Origin: Octopus vulgaris
Lineage: Eukaryota
Direction of reading: 5' to 3'
Assembly (NCBI GenBank): GCA_951406725.2
Contig: OX597840.1
Span: forward strand, 26,660,001 to 26,724,000
Length of the DNA stretch: 64,000 nt
The notes below the pieces were generated by a model, which worked only from the letters and a program-made list of their open reading frames with translations, was not told where the DNA came from and ran no database searches. A program made the translations under genes and the position numbers. Below are positions 57,831-64,000 of this stretch, in pieces (within the stretch, counting starts at the first letter, position 1; every line of letters starts with the position of its first letter).

Positions 57831-59005
57831 GTAGGGTTCTGAGTTCAAATTCCGCCGAGGTCAACTTTGCCTTTCATCATTTCGGGGTCGATAAATTAAG
57901 TACCGATTATATAACGGGAAAGTTTACGAAAATAAACAAAAGACGAAGTCAGGTGGAGTACAAACAAGCAAATGTATTAGTATGGCGCTCAGGAATAGAA
58001 ATGAAACAAGTCTTTTACGTTTCGAGCCTACGCTCTTCAACAGAAAGATACACAGAAAACAAACACGGAGAGAAACAAGGAGAGAAAAATTATGCGTGTA
58101 GGAGCTAACGATTGGGGTAGATGTAATCGACCCATCCCCTCCCCGAAAATTGCTGCCCTTGTGGCAAAATTTGAAACTATTATTATTATTGTTGTTGTTA
58201 TTATTATTAAGGCGGCGAGCTGGCAGAAAGGTTAGCACGCCGGGTGAAATGCTTAGCGTCATTTCGTCCGTCTTAACGCTCTGAATTCAAATGTCACCGA
58301 AGTCGACTTTACCTTTCATCCATTCAAGGATGATAAATTAAGTACCAGTGAAACACTGGGGTCGATGTAATGGACTAGTCCCCTCCCCCAAAATTTCAGG
58401 CCTTGTGCCTTTAGTAGAAAGGATTATCTTATGAACCACATTAGCTTACAGCCGTTTCTGCTATAATAAGCGGTGGGTCCATAACTGAGTGTCTGAAGAA
58501 CACCGTATAGATTCCGTTTTATATATACGTATAGGACGGGCTTCCGCACAATTTCCGTCTACTGAGTTCACTCACAAGGCATTTGTTGGTCCGCGGATAC
58601 AGGAAAAGACATCTGCGCAAGATGCCGCGTTGTGGAAATGAACCTGAAACCACAGGATTGCGAATCAAGCTTCTGAACCAAACATCTATGCCTACGCCTG
58701 TTTTAAATATAAATCAATTAAAATTTATAGAATTTGAAATGTCGGTTACTTCACTGCTATTTCTAGCAAATTAACCATCCATGTAGAAGCTCTTTCACTG
58801 GCTCAGAAGATACAAAGCGAACTGTTGATGTGAAAAAGCGATGCTCTGGTGTAAAAAGGTTCGAACCCTTCGCGAACCCTTTAACCAATTGTCGATTTTA
58901 TGAAGGTAGTGTGCGGTTTGAGTGAAATTTGGCTGCTCTTTCCGGCAAATAAAGCTACCAGGGACAGGTTTTTTATTATTTAGATAGAACTGTCTGTCTC
59001 TCTGT

Positions 59006-59045
<40 letters not shown>

Positions 59046-59361
59046 GTGTGTGTGTGAGTAAGTGTGTGTGTGTGAATAAGTGTGTGTGTGTGAGTAAGTG
59101 TGTGTGTGTAAGTGTGTATGTGAGTAAGTGTGTGTGTGTAAGTGTGTGATGTGTGTGTAAATGTGTGTGTGTGTGTGTGTGTCATGTATACGTTGTCATA
59201 CATAAAGCGCAGCAGACTGGATGTACTCAACAATAACATAACCGTACACCTCCTCCTCCTCCTCCTCCTCCTGCTCATCATCATCATCATCATCATCGCA
59301 TCCATCCACCACAACCGACATATGAATGCCTTCACTGTGAACTAGATAATCTATCTACACT

Positions 59362-59395
<34 letters not shown>

Positions 59396-59763
59396 GATGG
59401 AATGGTGGTGGTGGAGGTGGTGGGGACGTTGGCGGTGGCGATGGAGATGCTGCCGCTGATGAGGATGATGAGGATGATGATGGTGATTATGATGATGACG
59501 ATGTTGACGACGATACAAGTCACGGTGATGATGACGATGATGATGATGATGATGAGGATGATGATGGTGATGATGATGATGATGATGATGATGATGGCGA
59601 TGGCAATGCTAATGATGATGATGATGATGACGATGATGACGGTGGTGGAGATGATGACGATCAGAAGCATCAGCATCATCATCATCATCATCGTCGCCTA
59701 CCACCACCGCAGCCACCACCACAGCTACCACCACAGCCACCACCACAACCACAACCACAACCA

Positions 59764-59795
<32 letters not shown>

Positions 59796-60545
59796 CTAGG
59801 TTATCCAGTTCACACTGGAGGTAGGTATTCGGTAGATGCGATGGGTGGAATACGGTTTTTACTTATGACGTCACCTTAGAAAAGCCGCTACAAGCACCAC
59901 CCCCACCCCAACCCACACCCCCCCACCCCCCACCTCACAACCCCTCACACTCTCTCTCTCATTCTCTTCCTTTCCTTCTTTCTCTCTCTCTCCCTCTCTT
60001 TCTTCCTCTCCCTCTCTCTCTCTCTCCATCCTATATTCGCGAATATCAACGGCCACCCTTAAATGCAACGACACACCCGTCACAGACATCTCTTAAACGA
60101 ACACAAACATACGTACATGCACTTAGACACACATACACATCAGTACACACACACACATACATACATACATACACACACACATACATACATACATACATAC
60201 ATACATACATACATACATACATACATACACACACACATACATACATACACACACACATACATACAAACATACATACATACATACATACATACATACACAC
60301 ACACATACATACATACATACATATATACATACATACACACACATATTTATATGTGTGTGTATGATCTCATAAACGCATCTAGATGAATGCGTTTTGTACC
60401 ACCCACGCATACATAGCTTCATACACACACACACACATACATACATGTGCGTGTGTTATATATGTATATCAATTTATGTATACAAAAATATGCACTCATT
60501 AGCACTTCATAATATAAACATGCATGTGAACATATATATATGTGC

Positions 60546-60584
<39 letters not shown>

Positions 60585-60618
60585 TATCATATATGGTGAT
60601 GCTATATATGCATAGAAA

Positions 60619-60676
<58 letters not shown>

Positions 60677-60812
60677 CATATGTATGTATGTACGTATGTA
60701 TAAATATATATATATATATATATATATGCATAAGTACATAAGGACATGCATATAACACATTCATACACACATACATATATACATATAAATGTATGTATAT
60801 ATACATATATAC

Positions 60813-60874
<62 letters not shown>

Positions 60875-61062
60875 ATATATATATATATATGTATGTGTTT
60901 ATAAGAATGTAAGTATGGAAGAAGAAGAAGAAGAAGAAGAAGAAGAAGAGAGTTTAAAGACGCGCAGTGTTGATGAAACTTCTTCTTCCTCCTCCTCCTC
61001 CTCAACCTCATCCTTCTTCTTCTTCATCTTCCTCGCACGTGTCTTCCTACTGAAGTTCACAC

Positions 61063-61130
<68 letters not shown>

Positions 61131-61481
61131 ACGCATACACAATATGGAGGTTTTCTATTTTAATACACGAATATTTTACTGAATGCCCTCGACTGAACTC
61201 AATATACACTTCTACTGCTTCTGCCCCAATCGACTACTAGGTATGCAATAGGTGTGTGTATATATGTATGTATAAGTGCGTGTGTGTGTGTGTGCCTGTG
61301 TGTGTGAGTGTGTGTGCTTGTGTGTGTGTGTGTGGGTGGGTGGTGTGTGCCTCGTACTGACTTACACACTCATTGACTCTTTCTATCTTTTTCCTCTGTC
61401 TTAGTTGAGAGATATGTGTTTGTGCAGTCAATGCATTACAGGATATATATATATGTATATACATATACATATATGTATATG

Positions 61482-61650
61482 TGGAGGCGCAATGGCCTAG
61501 TGGTTAGGGCAGCGGACTTGCGGTCGGAGGATCGCGGTTTCGATTCCCAGACCGGGCGTTGTGTGTGTTTATTGAGCGAAAAAATACCTAAAAGCTCCAC
61601 GAGGCTCCGGCAGGAGGTGGTGATCCCTGCTGTACTCTTTCACCACTCTA
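61482..61650 (+). mobile_element. tRNA-derived SINE head fused to a family A tail
   Basis: A box TGGCCTAGTGG, B box GGTTTCGATTCC; no complete cloverleaf, so not called a tRNA. Confidence 0.6.
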
Positions 61651-61701
61651 AAGGCGGTGCTCCAGCATGGCCGCAGTCAAATGACTGAAACAAGTACAAA
61701 A

Positions 61702-61834
<133 letters not shown>

Positions 61835-62053
61835 CTTTTTGCTCTTTTATTTCTTTCAGTCATTTGACTGCGGCCATGCTGGAGAGCACTGCCTTTAGTC
61901 GATTCTTTGTAAGCCCAGTACTTATTCTAACGGAACCATGCCCCGAACCGCTAGATTACGGGGATGCAAACACACCAACATCGGTTGTCAAGCGATGGTG
62001 GAGGAACAAACACAGACACACAAATGCACACGCACACACACATACATACACAC

Positions 62054-62119
<66 letters not shown>

Positions 62120-62834
62120 TTATATATACGACGGGCTTCTTTCAGTTTCCGTCGATCAAATCCCCTCACAAGGCTTTGGTTGCCCAAGGTTCCACACAAT
62201 GGTACTGAACCCAGAACCATGTAGTTGGAAAGCAAGCTTCTTACCACATAGCCGTGCTTGCACCCATTCGATATATATATATATATATATAGGGAAAGTT
62301 TACGAAAAAAAAAAACCAAAAGACGAAGACAGGTGGTGTAGAAAACAAACAGATGTATTAGTATAACGCTCAGGAATAGAAAAAGTATTTTACGTTTCGA
62401 GCCTACGCTCTTCTACAGAAAGAGACACAGAAAAAAAACAAGGAGAGAAACAAGGAGAGAAAAAAAAATGTGTGTAGTGGCTAACGATCTATATATCACA
62501 TATATATATGTATGCATGTATGTATGTATGTATGTATGTATGTATGTATGTATGTATGTATGTATGTATGTATGTATGTATGTATGTATGTATGTATGTG
62601 TGTATGTGTGTATGTAAGAATGTATGTATGTATGTATGTGTGTATGTATGTATGTATGCATGTATGTATGTATGTATGTATGTATGTATGTATGTATGTA
62701 TGTATGTATGTATGTATGTATGTATGTATGTATGTATGTATGTATGTATGTGTGTATGTATGTATGTATGTATGTATATGGGAAAAAAATTTCAAGGTAG
62801 AAAATGCTAAAATAATTATATAAAAAAAACATTT

Positions 62835-62871
62835 CAGAACCGGTTTCAGCCATTGAGACTTTTTTCAACTG
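62835..62871 (-). ncRNA. Minimal hammerhead-like motif with U3-A8 core variant
   Basis: Minus strand CAG-TTGAAAA-A-AGTC-TCAAT-GGCT-GAAA-CCGG-TT-CTG. Confidence 0.5.
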
Positions 62872-63018
62872 TATGTATGGAAAACAATCAAATTTTGGAA
62901 AAATTAAAAGAAAAGTATTTTTTAAAAGAATATTTGCATAGTATTCAAATACAAGTGGCATTTTCCTTGTTTCTGCCTGTCTCTGTCTCTCTTGTTTACT
63001 CTTGTGGGTTCGAGGTCG

Positions 63019-63069
<51 letters not shown>

Positions 63070-63299
63070 ATGGCGACGGCTGGTTTCATGGTTACCTTAA
63101 GTTTCCTGTCCATAAAGGATTTAGCTTAATGGCGTATCGTCAGATCTCTCAAAAACCTATTGGCCCATGACCTTTTCCCCTCGCTTCATATGTTTAAGAG
63201 GTCTTGAGCCAACAGGTATTTAGGATTTGACGATACACCATAAAACCAAACCCTTTATGGACGGGAAACTTAAGGTAACCCCATAAACCGGCCTTCCAT
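63070..63299. mobile_element. Imperfect palindromic MITE-like element
   Basis: GGTTACCTTAAGTTTCCTGTCCATAAAGG pairs with CCTTTATGGACGGGAAACTTAAGGTAACC and pairing extends inward; flanked by (TA)n. Confidence 0.65.
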
Positions 63300-63308
63300 A
63301 TGTATATG

Positions 63309-63436
<128 letters not shown>

Positions 63437-63638
63437 TGTCTGTGTTTGTCCCCCAACATCGCTTGACAACCGATGGTGGTGTGTTTACGTCCCCGTAACT
63501 TAGCGGTTCGGCAAAAGAGACCGATAGAATAAGTACTGGGCTTACAAAAGAATAAGTCCCGGGGGTTCGATTTGCTCGACTAAAAGGCGGTGCTCCAGCA
63601 TGGCCGCAGTCAAATGACTGAAACAAGTAAAAGAGTAA

Positions 63639-63670
<32 letters not shown>

Positions 63671-64000
63671 ACCCACACATGATCCCATACAAACTAACAA
63701 ACGCATATAATACGCAAATTATGTGTTTGATATTATAGTCCGAGAACATCGAGGTTTTTCTCAGACGATCAGGAAAGTAGGTTTGACAGACGATAATCAA
63801 GGTTAGCCTGACATTTACAAAGAAAAGCTAAACTAGATTCCTTGAAAGACAATCATACGAATGTCGGTAACGTTGCTGTATGTACGTATATATATATATA
63901 TTTTACGGATATACTACAACTAAAATGGCTCTCGCTGTGTGTATATTTTTCGTATATATGTGTGTGTGTGTATGTGTATATATATATATTTCTTTGTGTA

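Noticed and set aside
61482-61560. Possible tRNA gene
   Set aside because: A/B boxes are present but there is no good acceptor stem and it runs into SINE body.

Overview
AT-rich eukaryotic DNA packed with microsatellites and SINEs. The repeat families look like those of Octopus (coleoid cephalopod); this is recognition, not a search result. The only clear host gene is the 3' half of a + strand Runx (Runt-domain) transcription factor: exons 11467-11580 (end of the Runt domain), 26621-26815 and 31777-32651 (ending VWRPY). Two further in-frame phase-1/1 exon candidates lie at 24851-24967 and 30782-30946; the 5' exons were not found in the window. A 5'-truncated CR1-type LINE with an unbroken RT frame (50874-52147, -) is nested in a short repeat. 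Other elements include a non-autonomous Helitron, a long-TIR DNA element with an 8-bp TSD, decayed RTE and STPR-like relics and several SINE families. The most striking unannotated signal is about 13 type-I hammerhead-ribozyme-like motifs from about 7 distinct short elements. Most sit next to (TA)n tracts, most have a palindromic mini-stem III, two pairs lie in long inverted repeats and one has a U3-A8 core variant, pointing to Penelope-like/retrozyme-like elements. Nearly all ORF-track entries are microsatellite artefacts. All folds and alignments were done by eye; repeat boundaries are approximate.
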